Part shown: piece by piece, positions 9,658 to 20,282 of the stretch
Layout of the letters: each line of letters opens with the position of its first letter
How positions within the stretch are numbered: position 1 is the stretch's first letter
DNA from: Nitrospirota bacterium
GTDB lineage: Bacteria > Nitrospirota > UBA9217
Direction: 5' to 3'
Assembly: GCA_043731355.1 (NCBI GenBank)
Contig: JAYTJE010000079.1
Coordinates: forward strand, 9,483-73,482
Length of the DNA: 64,000 nt
Translations under genes and position numbers: made by a program
The notes under the pieces: generated by a model
Database searches by the model: none
Told to the model about the DNA's origin: nothing
The model's input: the letters and a program-made list of their open reading frames with translations, nothing else

Positions 9658-12600
9658 ATGGGTGTAACTCGACGGGAGTTCATGAAGGTTACCGGCAGTA
9701 CGGTGTTACTCGGTTCCCTTGGCGTCACAGCCGATCCAGCGAAGGCCTCGGCTGAGGAACTGAGGACCAAGGGCGCCAAAGAGACCAGGACCATCTGTCC
9801 CTATTGCGCCGTGGGCTGCGGCATCATCGTTCAGACGCTGGACGGAAAAGCAGTGAACGCGGAGGGCGACCCGGAGCATCCGATCAATGAGGGCACACTC
9901 TGCCCTAAGGGCGCATCGCTCATGCAATTAGTGAACAATCCGACGCGCGTTCTGAAGCCACGGTACCGCGCACCCGGCGCCGCGGACTGGAAAGAGGTTG
10001 AATGGGACTGGGCGCTTGACCAGATCGCTCTAAAGGTAAAAGACACCCGCGACCGCACGTTCAAACTCACTTCGAAGTCCAAGGTGAAGGAGAAGCAGCC
10101 CGACGGCACGGAGAAAGAGATCGAGAAGGACTTTACGGTCAACCGGACCGACGCCATAGCCCACGTGGGTAGCGCTGCCCTTGACAACGAGGAGTGCTAC
10201 CTGCTCCAGAAAATGCTCCGGTCCTGGGGCCTGGTATATATAGAACACCAGGCGCGCATTTGACACTCCGCAACGGTAGCGGCCCTGGGAGGGTCGTTCG
10301 GGCGCGGTGCAATGACAAACCACTGGATCGATATTAAGAATGCTGATGTTGTTCTCGTAATGGGCTCCAACCCGGCCTCAAACCATCCCATCTCCATGAA
10401 GTGGGTGATGCGGGCGCGGGAAAAAGGCGCCAAACTCATCGTGGTGGACCCCCGGTTCACCCAGACCGCTGCAAAGGCGGACCTCTACGCGCCCATGCGC
10501 TCGGGAACGGACATCGCGTTCCTCGGAGGCATGATCAAGTACATCCTCGACAACAACCTCCACTTCAACGACTACGTTGTCAACTACACCAGCGCCAGCT
10601 ATCTCGTGAACCCTGACTTTAAGGGACCGGGTGAATTGGACGGGGTTTTCTCGGGCTATGACGCGAAGGCGCGCAAGTACGACAAAAAGACCTGGGGCTA
10701 TCAGATGGGCGAGGACGGGAACCCGAAGAAGGACCCGACGCTCAAGGACCCCCACTGCGTGTTCCAGCTCCTGAAGAAGCATTATTCCCGCTACACCCTC
10801 GACAAGGTCTCGTCCATCACCGGAACGCCCAAAGAAACGCTTGAGGCTGTGTATAAACTCTACGCCTCGACCGGCAAACCGAACAAGGCGGGCACCGAGC
10901 TCTATGCCATGGGCTGGACGCAGCACACAGTCGGGACCCAGAACATCCGGGCCATGTGCATCATCCAGCTGTTGCTCGGGAACATCGGCATAGCCGGAGG
11001 TGGTGTCAACGCAATGCGAGGAGAGTCGAATGTGCAGGGCTCCACGGACCACGGCCTTCTGTTTCACCTCCTGCCGGGGTACAATGCCGTGCCGTCCGCC
11101 TCTATCACTGACCTGAACGCCTACATCGAGAAATTCACGCCCAAGACCAAGGACCCGCGCAGCGTCAACTGGTGGGCCAACCGGAACAAGTACATCACCA
11201 GCTATCTGAAGGCCATCTACGGAAAGGCCGCGACCAAAGAAAACGACTTCGGCTACGCCTGGCTCCCGAAGCTTGACGAAGGCCAGAACGGCTCCTGGCT
11301 CATGTTGTTCGATAAGATGCTTAAAGGCCAGTTTGAGGGTTTCTTCGCCTGGGGGCAGAACCCGGCCTGTTCGGGTGCGAATTCAAACAAAACGCGCGCA
11401 GCGCTCGCAAAACTCAAGTGGATGGTGAATGTCAACCTCTTCGACAACGAGACCGGCTCCTTCTGGCGCGGCCCTGGCGTGAATTCCAAGGACATCCAGA
11501 CCGAGGTCTTCCTCCTGCCCTGTGTCTCGTCTATCGAAAAGGAAGGAAGCCTTGCCAATTCCGGACGGCTTACCCAGTGGCGGTACAAGGCGATCGAGCC
11601 GCTTGGTCAGGCCAGGCCTGACGCCGAGATCATGAATGAATTGTTCACGAAGGTCCGTCAGCTTTACCGGAAGGACGGAGGCAAGTTCCCTGCGCCGATC
11701 ATGAACCTCGCCTGGAACTATGGCAGGAATATTAACACTCACGACGTTGCCAAGGAGATCAACGGCTACTACCTCGAGGATGTGTACGACAAGAAGGCCA
11801 CCCCGCCGAAATTGCTCGGGAAGAAGGGCGAACTTTGCGCTTCCTTTGTCCATCTCCAGGCTGACGGCGCCACCTCCTGCGGAAACTGGCTGTACAGCCA
11901 GAGCTATACGCAGAAGGACGGCAAGATCATCAATATGATGGCCCGCCGCGGCAAGGATGATCCCACGGGACTCGGGCTCTATTCCGGGTGGGCGTGGGCA
12001 TGGCCGGTGAACCGGCGCATCATCTACAACCGGGCCTCCGTTGACCTGAAAGGCAAGCCCTGGGACCCGAAGCGGGCGCTGCTCAAGTGGGACGCGAATA
12101 AAATTGACCCTGCGTCAAAGAAGCCGGGTATGTGGGTGGGTGACGTGCCCGACGGCCCGGCGCCGCCCATGGGTGATACGGGCAAGTATCCCTTTATCAT
12201 GATGTCGGACGGCAAGGGCGCTCTTTTTGCCGCGGGTATGAACGACGGACCGCTGCCCGAGCATTATGAGGCGCTGGAGTGCCCGCTTGAGGAAAGTCTG
12301 ATGTCCAAGCAGCGCGTCAACCCGACGATCAAGATCTTTGGTGATAAGGAGGACGCCTTCTACTCCTGCGACACGCGGTATCCCTTTGTGGCGACCACGT
12401 ACCGGGTGACGGAACACTGGCAGACGGGCGTCATGACGCGGCATAATCCCCTGCTGCTCGAGATGCAGCCGCAGCAGTTCGTCGAGCTGAGCCATGAGCT
12501 GGCAACTGAGAAAGGAATATCGGGAGGCGACCGCTTAAAAGTGAAATCCGGCCGGGGCGAGATTTTCGCGGTGGCCGTGGTGACCTCGCGGTTTAAACCC

Positions 12601-12774
12601 TTCAAAATCGGAGGGCAGACCGTCCATCAGGTGGGCCTCCCCTGGTGCTTCGGCTGGCAGTATCCCGAGGGCGGCGGCGGAGACAGCGCAAACCTGCTCA
12701 CACCAACCGTCGGCGACGCCAACACCATGATCCCTGAAACCAAGGCGTTCATGGTGAACGTCGAGAAAGCATAG
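9658..12774 (+). CDS. fdnG: Formate dehydrogenase alpha subunit, a selenoprotein with an in-frame UGA at 10261-10263
   Basis: Tat signal 'RREFMKVTGS'. The E. coli FdnG-like 'IEHQARI-U-HSATVAALGGSFGRGAMTNHW' spans the TGA. Track ORFs 9544-10263 and 10312-12774 are in the same frame. Confidence 0.9.
10278..10298 (+). promoter_or_regulatory. Putative bacterial SECIS hairpin downstream of the Sec UGA
   Basis: AGCGGCCCU-GGG-AGGGUCGUU stem-loop starting 15 nt after the UGA. The fold is hand-derived and low confidence. Confidence 0.3.
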
Positions 12775-12783
12775 GGGGACGAC

Positions 12784-13548
12784 ATGACAACATCCAAGCG
12801 AAAAGCGCTGCTCATATCACCGGAGCTCTGCATCGGCTGCCGGGGCTGCCAGACGGCATGCAAATCATGGAACCAGCTTCCCGGGCAGAACACGAAGAAC
12901 ACGGGGACGATGCAGAATCCGCCCGACATCAACGCCTCCACGTATACGATTATCCGGTTCAGCGAAGTGCCTTCGGACACGAATCCGCTCCGCTGGCTCT
13001 TCGTCAGTCGCCGGTGCATGCATTGCGACGATGCGGGCTGCATGAAGATCTGCCCCGCTCCCGGTGCTCTCTACAAAACCCCGGAAGGAGCGGTGGCGTT
13101 TAATAAGGATAAATGCATCGGTTGCAAACTCTGCGTTGCGGGATGTCCCTTCGATGTGCCCCGGTACGATGCGCAGAATAAAATCGGGAAATGCGACTTG
13201 TGCGCGGGCCGCATTGCCGAAGGGCTTATTCCCGCCTGTGCAAAAACCTGCCCTACGGGCGCGATCAGATTTGGCGACCGTGACGGTCTAATCGCCCTGG
13301 CAAAGAAAGCGGGCTATGCCAAAGTATACGGCGAAACGGATTTAGGCGGGCTCGGTTCGATCTACGCGTTCAAGGACGCGCCGAAAGTCTACGGCATGAA
13401 CGAGGACCCGGCGATCGCTGAAAGCGTCATTTTCTGGAACAACGTGCTCAAGCCCCTTGCGGTCATCGGGCTCGGCGGGGTCGTGGCGGGCGCCTTACTG
13501 CACTATGTTGCAATCGGTCCGCATAAGGACGATGAGGAGGTGAAATAA
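12784..13548 (+). CDS. fdnH: Formate dehydrogenase iron-sulfur (beta) subunit
   Basis: Four CxxCxxCxxxCP ferredoxin motifs and a C-terminal TM anchor. Confidence 0.85.
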   Translation: MTTSKRKALLISPELCIGCRGCQTACKSWNQLPGQNTKNTGTMQNPPDINASTYTIIRFSEVPSDTNPLRWLFVSRRCMHCDDAGCMKICPAPGALYKTPEGAVAFNKDKCIGCKLCVAGCPFDVPRYDAQNKIGKCDLCAGRIAEGLIPACAKTCPTGAIRFGDRDGLIALAKKAGYAKVYGETDLGGLGSIYAFKDAPKVYGMNEDPAIAESVIFWNNVLKPLAVIGLGGVVAGALLHYVAIGPHKDDEEVK

Positions 13549-13549
13549 C

Positions 13550-14158
13550 ATGGGCGAAATGGTGAGAAAAGCAAGTACGGAAGAAATCATCAACCATTGG
13601 ATGCTGGCGATCAGCTGTCTTCTGCTGATTCTCACGGGATACGCCTTCCTGTTCAAACTCCAGCCGATCGGCGCGGTGTTCGGGGGGTTCAACAGCATGA
13701 GGGCGGTGCACAACTGGGCCGGGGTGGTATTCACCGTGTCCCTCTTTGCGACGCTGTTCAACTATCTCCATGAGTCACTGACGTTTGACGCTGACGATTG
13801 GGCATGGATCAGGATGGGCGGCGGATATTTATCAAAAAGTGCGAAGAAAGCTCCGCCGATGGGGAAGTTGAATACCGGCCAGAAATTCTATTACCTCGCG
13901 ATCCTGGCGGCGGGAATTGCGATAGCGGCCTCCGGGTTTGTCATCTGGCTGATGCAGGGGACCAGGACAATCACGCTGGTTTCGCATCTGACGCACAACC
14001 TGGCGTTCATCCTGTTCGTGGTTGCCATTCCCGCCCATGCCTATTTGGGCACCCTGGCCAATCCGGGCACGTTCCGGATCATGGTCTATGGCACGGTGCC
14101 GATCGAGTGGGCCCGGAAGAAGTACCCCAAGTGGATGAAGGAGATCGGAAAACTGTAA
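13550..14158 (+). CDS. fdnI: Formate dehydrogenase cytochrome b (gamma) subunit
   Basis: Four TM helices with conserved His residues. It is the third gene of the operon. Confidence 0.75.
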   Translation: MGEMVRKASTEEIINHWMLAISCLLLILTGYAFLFKLQPIGAVFGGFNSMRAVHNWAGVVFTVSLFATLFNYLHESLTFDADDWAWIRMGGGYLSKSAKKAPPMGKLNTGQKFYYLAILAAGIAIAASGFVIWLMQGTRTITLVSHLTHNLAFILFVVAIPAHAYLGTLANPGTFRIMVYGTVPIEWARKKYPKWMKEIGKL

Positions 14159-14209
14159 CCGTGTCCTCTACCCGTCAAAAGTAATGCTCGATCACAAATA
14201 GCAAGACCA

Positions 14210-14252
14210 AGACCCGCTTTCAGGTCATCCCGAAAGCGGGTCTTATGTTTTT
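14210..14252 (+). terminator. Rho-independent terminator after fdnI
   Basis: AGACCCGCTTTC-9 nt loop-GAAAGCGGGTCT followed by TATGTTTTT. Confidence 0.6.
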
Positions 14253-14288
14253 AATTCCGCATTCCGCAATCCGCATTCCGAAATGTTT

Positions 14289-15155
14289 TTAAGTTCTTCC
14301 CCTCGCCAGCTCATTCAGCCGCTGCACCCGCTCCTCGATGGGAGGATGAGTGCTGAAAAGCTTCATCAGGCCCCCGCCGGTCAGCGGATTCACGATAAAC
14401 ATGTGCGCGGTGGCTGGTTTGGCATCGGTCATCGGTATCATTTGCGACCCCTTTTCAAGCTTCAGGAGCGCGCTTGCCAGCCCTGACGGGCTTCCTGCAA
14501 TGCCGGCGCCGCCCTTGTCCGCCTCGAACTCCCGTGCGCGGGAAATGGCCATCTGCACCATCATGGCCGCTATGGGCGCCACGATCATCATGACGATCGC
14601 CACGATGGGGCTTCCTCCTTCGTCATCATCGCTCCGGTGCCCCCCGCCAAAGATCATGGACCACTGCGCCATCTGGGCGAGCATGCTGATCGCGCCGGCG
14701 ATGGTAGCGACGATCGTGCCGGTAAGCATATCGCGGTGTTTGATATGGGCCAGTTCATGAGCAATGACGCCGGCCAGCTCTTCGCGGGAAAGGATGCGCA
14801 TGATCCCCTGCGTAACAGCCACAACCGCGTGTTCCGGGTTGCGGCCCGTTGCAAAGGCATTGGGCGTTTCATCGGGGATGATATACACGGTCGGCATGGG
14901 CATCCCTGCCTTCTGGACCAGTATGTGCACTATGGCATAGAGCTCAGGCGCTTCAGCTTCGGTAACCGGCTGGGCCTTGTACATCCTGAGAACTATTTTA
15001 TCGCTGAACCAGTACATCCCGACGTTCATTATCGTGGCTATTACAATAGCCATGACCATGCCGCCTCTCCCCCCCAGCGCTCCGCCGATAGCGACGAAGA
15101 GAACGACAAGGAAGGTCATTAAACCAACTGTTTTTACTGTGTTCATAAAATTCAT
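14289..15155 (-). CDS. htpX: Zinc metalloprotease HtpX
   Basis: '[10 protein letters not shown]' (HExxH) and TM helices. A GGAGG ribosome-binding site lies upstream. Alternative starts are at 15146 and 15245. Confidence 0.85.
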   Translation of the reverse strand: MNFMNTVKTVGLMTFLVVLFVAIGGALGGRGGMVMAIVIATIMNVGMYWFSDKIVLRMYKAQPVTEAEAPELYAIVHILVQKAGMPMPTVYIIPDETPNAFATGRNPEHAVVAVTQGIMRILSREELAGVIAHELAHIKHRDMLTGTIVATIAGAISMLAQMAQWSMIFGGGHRSDDDEGGSPIVAIVMMIVAPIAAMMVQMAISRAREFEADKGGAGIAGSPSGLASALLKLEKGSQMIPMTDAKPATAHMFIVNPLTGGGLMKLFSTHPPIEERVQRLNELARGRT

Positions 15156-15326
15156 CAACCTCCGTTGCAATGATAATTTGGCGACTGTTGACAACTTACC
15201 ACAGTAGCCATTCCTCGTCAATACAAAGAAAGTGCTCAGGTGCACCGTTACGCCGCACCGGCCGTCGAAAGGAGCAGAACGGGACTTTTTATTTTTTCCG
15301 GTTCATCGGCACTTGGTGTTTCTTTG

Positions 15327-16220
15327 TTATTTTCCCTTCACCACCAGCACCGCGCTGGTCGCCAGCACGATCACACGCTCGGCCACGCTCCCCATGAGGA
15401 GCTTCTCAAGACCGGTCCGTCCATGGCTTCCTAAAACGATAAGGTCGGCGTTTTTTTCCTTCGCGGTCTCGATAATGGCTTCGGCGGGTTTGCCGCTCAT
15501 GACAAAGGCCTGGACCGCGACGCCTGCTTTCATGGCCGCCTCCTTCACCGCTTTGGCGTTCTTTTCCGACTCTTTCAATTCCTTTTCCGCGACAAGCTCC
15601 CGCTGCCCTATGGCCATTTCGAGGTCCGTGGGAGGCATGAGTTCCGACGGGACCACGGAAAGGACCGTCAGTTTGCTGTTGTTGAGTTTCGCGATGCCGA
15701 TGGCATCCGAGGCCGCCGCGGCGCTGTACCGGGAGCCGTCGGTGGCGATCAGGACGTTTTTAAACTCCAGATGGGCCGCCCGCGGCACCACGAGAACGCT
15801 GCACGGGGAGAGCCCGATCACCCGGGCCGTCGTACTGCCCATCACCAGCCGTTTGATTCCCTTGAGCCCCCGCCTGCCCATGACGATCATGGTGCTTTTG
15901 TTCCTGGCCGCCTCTTCAACGATATATTTGTATGAGTCCTCGCCTTCCCGGACAATGCTTCCGCAGTCTACTCCTTCTTTCCTGGCGCGCGCCTTAACAG
16001 CTTCGAGGTGCTCGCGCGCCGCTTTTTCCTTCTTTTCCATAAGCTGCGGCGCAAGGGACGCGAACTCCGGGTTCGTTTCAATCACTGATATGGCGGACAG
16101 ACTGCTCGAACACCTTTTGGCGAGCTTGATTGCCTCCCGAACAGCGCCTTCGCTGAATTCGGAACCGTCAGTGGAAAGAAAGACCTTTTCTACCTTTGTT
16201 ATGGGACAAATATCAGCCAT
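15327..16220 (-). CDS. Universal stress protein with tandem UspA domains
   Basis: Two Usp repeats, each ending 'VLVV'. An AAGGAGG ribosome-binding site lies 8 nt before the ATG at 16220. Confidence 0.8.
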   Translation of the reverse strand: MADICPITKVEKVFLSTDGSEFSEGAVREAIKLAKRCSSSLSAISVIETNPEFASLAPQLMEKKEKAAREHLEAVKARARKEGVDCGSIVREGEDSYKYIVEEAARNKSTMIVMGRRGLKGIKRLVMGSTTARVIGLSPCSVLVVPRAAHLEFKNVLIATDGSRYSAAAASDAIGIAKLNNSKLTVLSVVPSELMPPTDLEMAIGQRELVAEKELKESEKNAKAVKEAAMKAGVAVQAFVMSGKPAEAIIETAKEKNADLIVLGSHGRTGLEKLLMGSVAERVIVLATSAVLVVKGK

Positions 16221-16425
16221 GCACGTGCCCTCCTTGTATGAGATTAAGATGGTTATTGCCTGTATTGCGTGTAAACATCCCTGCAACAAATCATAGCAGC
16301 CGCGTTTCATATTGCATCAGTTTTAATGATAACTGCTATTATTCTCTCTGTCAACAGGTTATTCTGAATAAAAAAAACAGTTTGACCCGTAACCGTTATC
16401 CTCAAAAAAACAAAATACTTTTCTA

Positions 16426-16454
16426 TTGACAAGGTATGGCCACTTTGTTATATT
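16426..16454 (+). promoter_or_regulatory. Consensus sigma-70 promoter (TTGACA-17-TATATT) for the tRNA-Gly/tRNA-Cys (and possibly dnaE) transcript
   Basis: TTGACA at 16426-16431, a 17-nt spacer, then TATATT at 16449-16454. An A-rich UP-like tract lies upstream. Confidence 0.6.
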
Positions 16455-16482
16455 TGCCGAGTCAAAACGCAGGAAACAAGCT

Positions 16483-16558
16483 GCGGGTGTAGCTCAGCTG
16501 GTAGAGCGCGACCTTGCCAAGGTTGAGGTCACGGGTTCGAGTCCCGCCACCCGCTCCA
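16483..16558 (+). tRNA. tRNA-Gly (anticodon GCC)
   Basis: Hand-folded cloverleaf: 7-bp acceptor stem, anticodon loop TTGCCAA, TTCGAGT T-loop, encoded CCA. Confidence 0.9.
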
Positions 16559-16670
16559 TTTTTTCTATTCAGAGTGCTGAGTTCGGAGTTCGGAGTTTAT
16601 CAGTCACGTCTCGTCACTCTCGACTCCTGTCATCATCCTATCCCCAACTCATAACCGGTAACGTACTCGC

Positions 16671-16745
16671 GGCGGCGTAGCCAAGCGGTAAGGCAAAGGT
16701 CTGCAAAACCTTTATTCATCGGTTCAAATCCGATCGCCGCCTCCA
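16671..16745 (+). tRNA. tRNA-Cys (anticodon GCA)
   Basis: Cloverleaf with anticodon loop CTGCAAA, TTCAAAT T-loop, encoded CCA. Confidence 0.9.
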
Positions 16746-16753
16746 TTATATTT

Positions 16754-19700
16754 ATGCATCATGCCGATTTTGTCCACCTGCACCTCCACACCGAATACAG
16801 CCTGCTCGACGGCGCCAACTCTCTCGATGGATTGATAAAGAAGGCAGTTGAGCTGCATATGCCCGCTGTTGCCGTCACGGACCACGGCAATCTTTTTGCC
16901 GCGCTGGATTTCTACCTCAAGGCCACCAAAGCGGGAATCAAGCCGATCATCGGCTGCGAGCTGTATGTGGCACCCGGCTCCCGCTTCGAAAAATCGGGAA
17001 CCGCAAGCCAGCACGATGAAAGCTTTCACCACCTCATTCTTCTGGCCCGGAACAAGGATGGCTATAAGAACCTCGTTAAGCTCGTTACCAAAGCCTACCT
17101 CGAAGGATTTTACTACAAACCCCGCATCGACAAGGAACTGCTCCGCCAGCACAGCGACGGACTTATCGGCCTGTCGGCCTGTCTCTCGGGCGAGATCCCC
17201 CGGCTCTTGCTCCAGGGGCGTTATGACGATGCCAAAAAAGCGGCGCTGGAATACCTGAGCATTCTCGGAAACGAGAACTTCTATTTTGAGCTTCAGGATA
17301 ACGGCATCCCGGAGCAGGAAGTGGCAAACCGGGAACTGATACGGCTGTCGGCTGATACGGGCATTCCCCTGGTGGCAACGAATGACTGCCACTACCTGAA
17401 CAAGGAAGACCATAAATCGCATGACGCCCTGCTCTGCATCCAGACGGGCAAGACCGTGAAGGACGCGAACCGAATGAGGTTCTCGTCTGATACTTTTTAT
17501 GTTAAGTCTCCCGAGGAAATGAAAAAGTCTTTTGCCCATGTGCCTCAGGCGATTTCGAACACCATCATCATTGCCGAACGCTGCAATCTTGAAATGGAGT
17601 TTGGCAAGTATCACCTGCCCCATTTCCCGGTGCCTGAAGGCGCTACGCGCGAATCGTACATGGCGGAGCTCAGCCGCTCAGGGCTGGAAGAGCGGTTCGG
17701 GGAGATCGAGGCCGTGCGCGGCGCAGGCAGCATCGACCGCGAGGCATATAAAAAGAGGCTGGAATTTGAGATCGAAATGCTCGGCAAAATGGGTTTTGCC
17801 GGGTATTTCCTGATCGTCTGGGATTTTATCCGGTATGCAAAAGAGCACGACATCCCCGTGGGTCCGGGCCGCGGCTCCGCAGCCGGCAGTCTGGTCGCCT
17901 ATTCGCTCCGCATCACCGACCTGGACCCCATACCCTACAATCTTCTGTTCGAACGGTTCCTCAACCCCGAGCGCATCAGCATGCCTGACATCGACGTGGA
18001 CTTCTGCATGGACCGCCGCGAAGAGGTGCTTAAATATGTGACCGAAAAATACGGACAGGACCATGTGACTCAGATCATCACCTACGGCACCATGCTCGCC
18101 AAAGGCGTGCTCCGCGACGTCGGCCGGGTGCTCGACATCCCCTATTCCGAGGTGGACCGGGTCGCCAAGTTAGTGCCGAATACGCTGGGCATCACGCTGG
18201 AAAAAGCCATGGAACAGGAACCGAAGCTGCGGGACCTCAAAAAGGACCCGCGCATGGCGGAGTTGATCGAGATAGCACTCAATCTTGAAGGCCAGGTCAG
18301 ACACGCGTCGAAACACGCCGCGGGCGTCGTGATATCCGAGGAGCCGCTGACCGAGTATCTGCCCCTCTTTAAGACCCCCAAAGATGAGATCATCACCCAG
18401 TTTGACATGAAAGGCGTTGAAAAGATCGGCCTGGTCAAGTTTGACTTTCTCGGTCTGCGCACCCTTACGGTGATCCATAAGGCTGTTGAGACGATCAACC
18501 AGCGGCTGTTCAGAGCGCCCCTTGCCAAGACAGAGCAGTTCGTGATCAGCCGCATCCCCTTTGACGACGCCAAAACCTATGAGCTCCTGTCGCGCGGCGA
18601 GACCTCCGGTATTTTCCAGCTGGAATCCTCGGGTATGACCGACATTGTCGTCAAAATGAAACCTCAGTGCTTTGAGGACTTGATCGCCCTGGTCGCCCTG
18701 TATCGCCCGGGCCCCCTCCAGAGCGGCATGGTGGATGACTTTATCAAACGCAAAAAAGGATCGACCAAGATCACCTATGAACTGCCGGAGCTCGAAGCCA
18801 TCCTGAAAGACACCTATGGGGTCATCGTGTACCAGGAGCAGGTGATGCAGATCGCCCGGACCCTTGCCGGCTACTCCCTCGGCGGCGCGGACCTGCTCCG
18901 GCGCGCCATGGGAAAGAAAGACCCCGAGGTGATGGCCAAGGAAAAGGTGCCGTTTCTGAAGGGCGCCGAGAAGCTGGGAGTGAATCTCAAGAAAGCCGAA
19001 GCCATCTTCGACCTTATGGCGAAGTTCGCCGAGTACGGGTTCAACAAATCCCATAGCGCCGCCTACGCGCTGGTTTCCTACCAGACCGCCTACCTGAAGA
19101 CGCACTATCCGGTTGATTACATGGCCTCCCTGCTCACGAGTGAAGTCCAGGATACGGACAAGGTGGTCAAATATATTTATGCCGTGCGCCAGATGGGCAT
19201 TACAATCCTTCCACCGGACGTCAATCAAAGCATGTGGGACTTTACCGTTGTTGAGGCCCATGACCGGGAAAACGTCGAACCGGGCAGCACGGTCGGCTCG
19301 ATCCGATTTGGTCTTGCGGCGGTCAAGAACGTCGGCACTTCCGCGATCGAAGCCATTGTCGAAGCGAGGCGGACAAAAGGCACGTTCACTTCTCTGGCGG
19401 ATTTCTGCAAGAAGGTGGACCAGCGAAAAGTGAACCGGCGCGTGATGGAAGCGCTTATCATGTGCGGGGCCTTCGACGGTACCGGCAGCCGCCGGGCCCA
19501 GATGTTCGAAGGCCTTGATAGGGTCATTGATCAGGGCGGAAAGCATCAGGAGCAGGAGGCCATCGGCCAGTTCAGCATATTCGGATCCCTGGAAAGCCAG
19601 AACGAAATAGCGCTGCCCAATGTCCCGGAGTGGAAGGAAAGTCAGCTCCTGGCGCATGAAAAGGAAAGCGTCGGGTTCTATATCAGCGGCCACCCCCTTG

Positions 19701-20272
19701 CCGCATTCGAAGCGGACATCAAACGCTATGCCACGGCCACGACTGAAACGATAGAGAACATCCAGGACGGCAAGGAAGTGACGATCTGCGGGATCATTGC
19801 CGGAATGAAGATCAAGGTAACAAAGAAGAGCCAGGAAAAAATGGCGATCCTTGACCTGGAGGACCTTGCCGGGACTGTGGAAGTAGTCGTATTCCCGGAC
19901 CTGTATCGGTCTTCGCAGCATCTGCTTCTGACGGATACCCCGCTTATCGTTGCCGGGACGCTCGATAAGAGCGAACAGGGAAACAAGATCAAAGCCGTGC
20001 GTTTGCATCTTTTGGCCGAGGTAAAAAAACGCGGCACGACCAGAATGGATATCCGCTTCAGCGCAACGGGCCTCACGCAGGACGACCTGCTCAAAGTAAA
20101 GGAAATCCTGCTTCGCTATAACGGCACGGTCCCTGTTTTTCTCCGGCTTCAGAACCCCACGCGCAAGGATTCGCTCATCTCCGTGGGAAAAGAGGTCCGC
20201 GTGAATCCTTCCGAGCAGCTTATCAGCGAGCTCGAGGCCCTGCTGGGGGCTGGCTCGGTTTCACTGGCATAA
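16754..20272 (+). CDS. dnaE: DNA polymerase III alpha subunit
   Basis: PHP domain 'HLHLHTEYSLLDGA' and 'GFNKSHSAAYA'. The gene starts 8 nt after tRNA-Cys. Confidence 0.95.
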   Translation: MHHADFVHLHLHTEYSLLDGANSLDGLIKKAVELHMPAVAVTDHGNLFAALDFYLKATKAGIKPIIGCELYVAPGSRFEKSGTASQHDESFHHLILLARNKDGYKNLVKLVTKAYLEGFYYKPRIDKELLRQHSDGLIGLSACLSGEIPRLLLQGRYDDAKKAALEYLSILGNENFYFELQDNGIPEQEVANRELIRLSADTGIPLVATNDCHYLNKEDHKSHDALLCIQTGKTVKDANRMRFSSDTFYVKSPEEMKKSFAHVPQAISNTIIIAERCNLEMEFGKYHLPHFPVPEGATRESYMAELSRSGLEERFGEIEAVRGAGSIDREAYKKRLEFEIEMLGKMGFAGYFLIVWDFIRYAKEHDIPVGPGRGSAAGSLVAYSLRITDLDPIPYNLLFERFLNPERISMPDIDVDFCMDRREEVLKYVTEKYGQDHVTQIITYGTMLAKGVLRDVGRVLDIPYSEVDRVAKLVPNTLGITLEKAMEQEPKLRDLKKDPRMAELIEIALNLEGQVRHASKHAAGVVISEEPLTEYLPLFKTPKDEIITQFDMKGVEKIGLVKFDFLGLRTLTVIHKAVETINQRLFRAPLAKTEQFVISRIPFDDAKTYELLSRGETSGIFQLESSGMTDIVVKMKPQCFEDLIALVALYRPGPLQSGMVDDFIKRKKGSTKITYELPELEAILKDTYGVIVYQEQVMQIARTLAGYSLGGADLLRRAMGKKDPEVMAKEKVPFLKGAEKLGVNLKKAEAIFDLMAKFAEYGFNKSHSAAYALVSYQTAYLKTHYPVDYMASLLTSEVQDTDKVVKYIYAVRQMGITILPPDVNQSMWDFTVVEAHDRENVEPGSTVGSIRFGLAAVKNVGTSAIEAIVEARRTKGTFTSLADFCKKVDQRKVNRRVMEALIMCGAFDGTGSRRAQMFEGLDRVIDQGGKHQEQEAIGQFSIFGSLESQNEIALPNVPEWKESQLLAHEKESVGFYISGHPLAAFEADIKRYATATTETIENIQDGKEVTICGIIAGMKIKVTKKSQEKMAILDLEDLAGTVEVVVFPDLYRSSQHLLLTDTPLIVAGTLDKSEQGNKIKAVRLHLLAEVKKRGTTRMDIRFSATGLTQDDLLKVKEILLRYNGTVPVFLRLQNPTRKDSLISVGKEVRVNPSEQLISELEALLGAGSVSLA

Positions 20273-20282
20273 GGGAGGTTTC

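Noticed and set aside
18170-20008. A 612-aa minus-strand ORF antisense to dnaE. Similar long antisense ORFs occur in lon (7400-8233), fdnG (10378-11067), rel (35588-36850) and the RND gene (53458-54129).
   Set aside because: These are typical high-GC antisense open frames with no motifs and low-complexity Arg/Gly/His-rich composition. The sense strands carry unambiguous conserved proteins.
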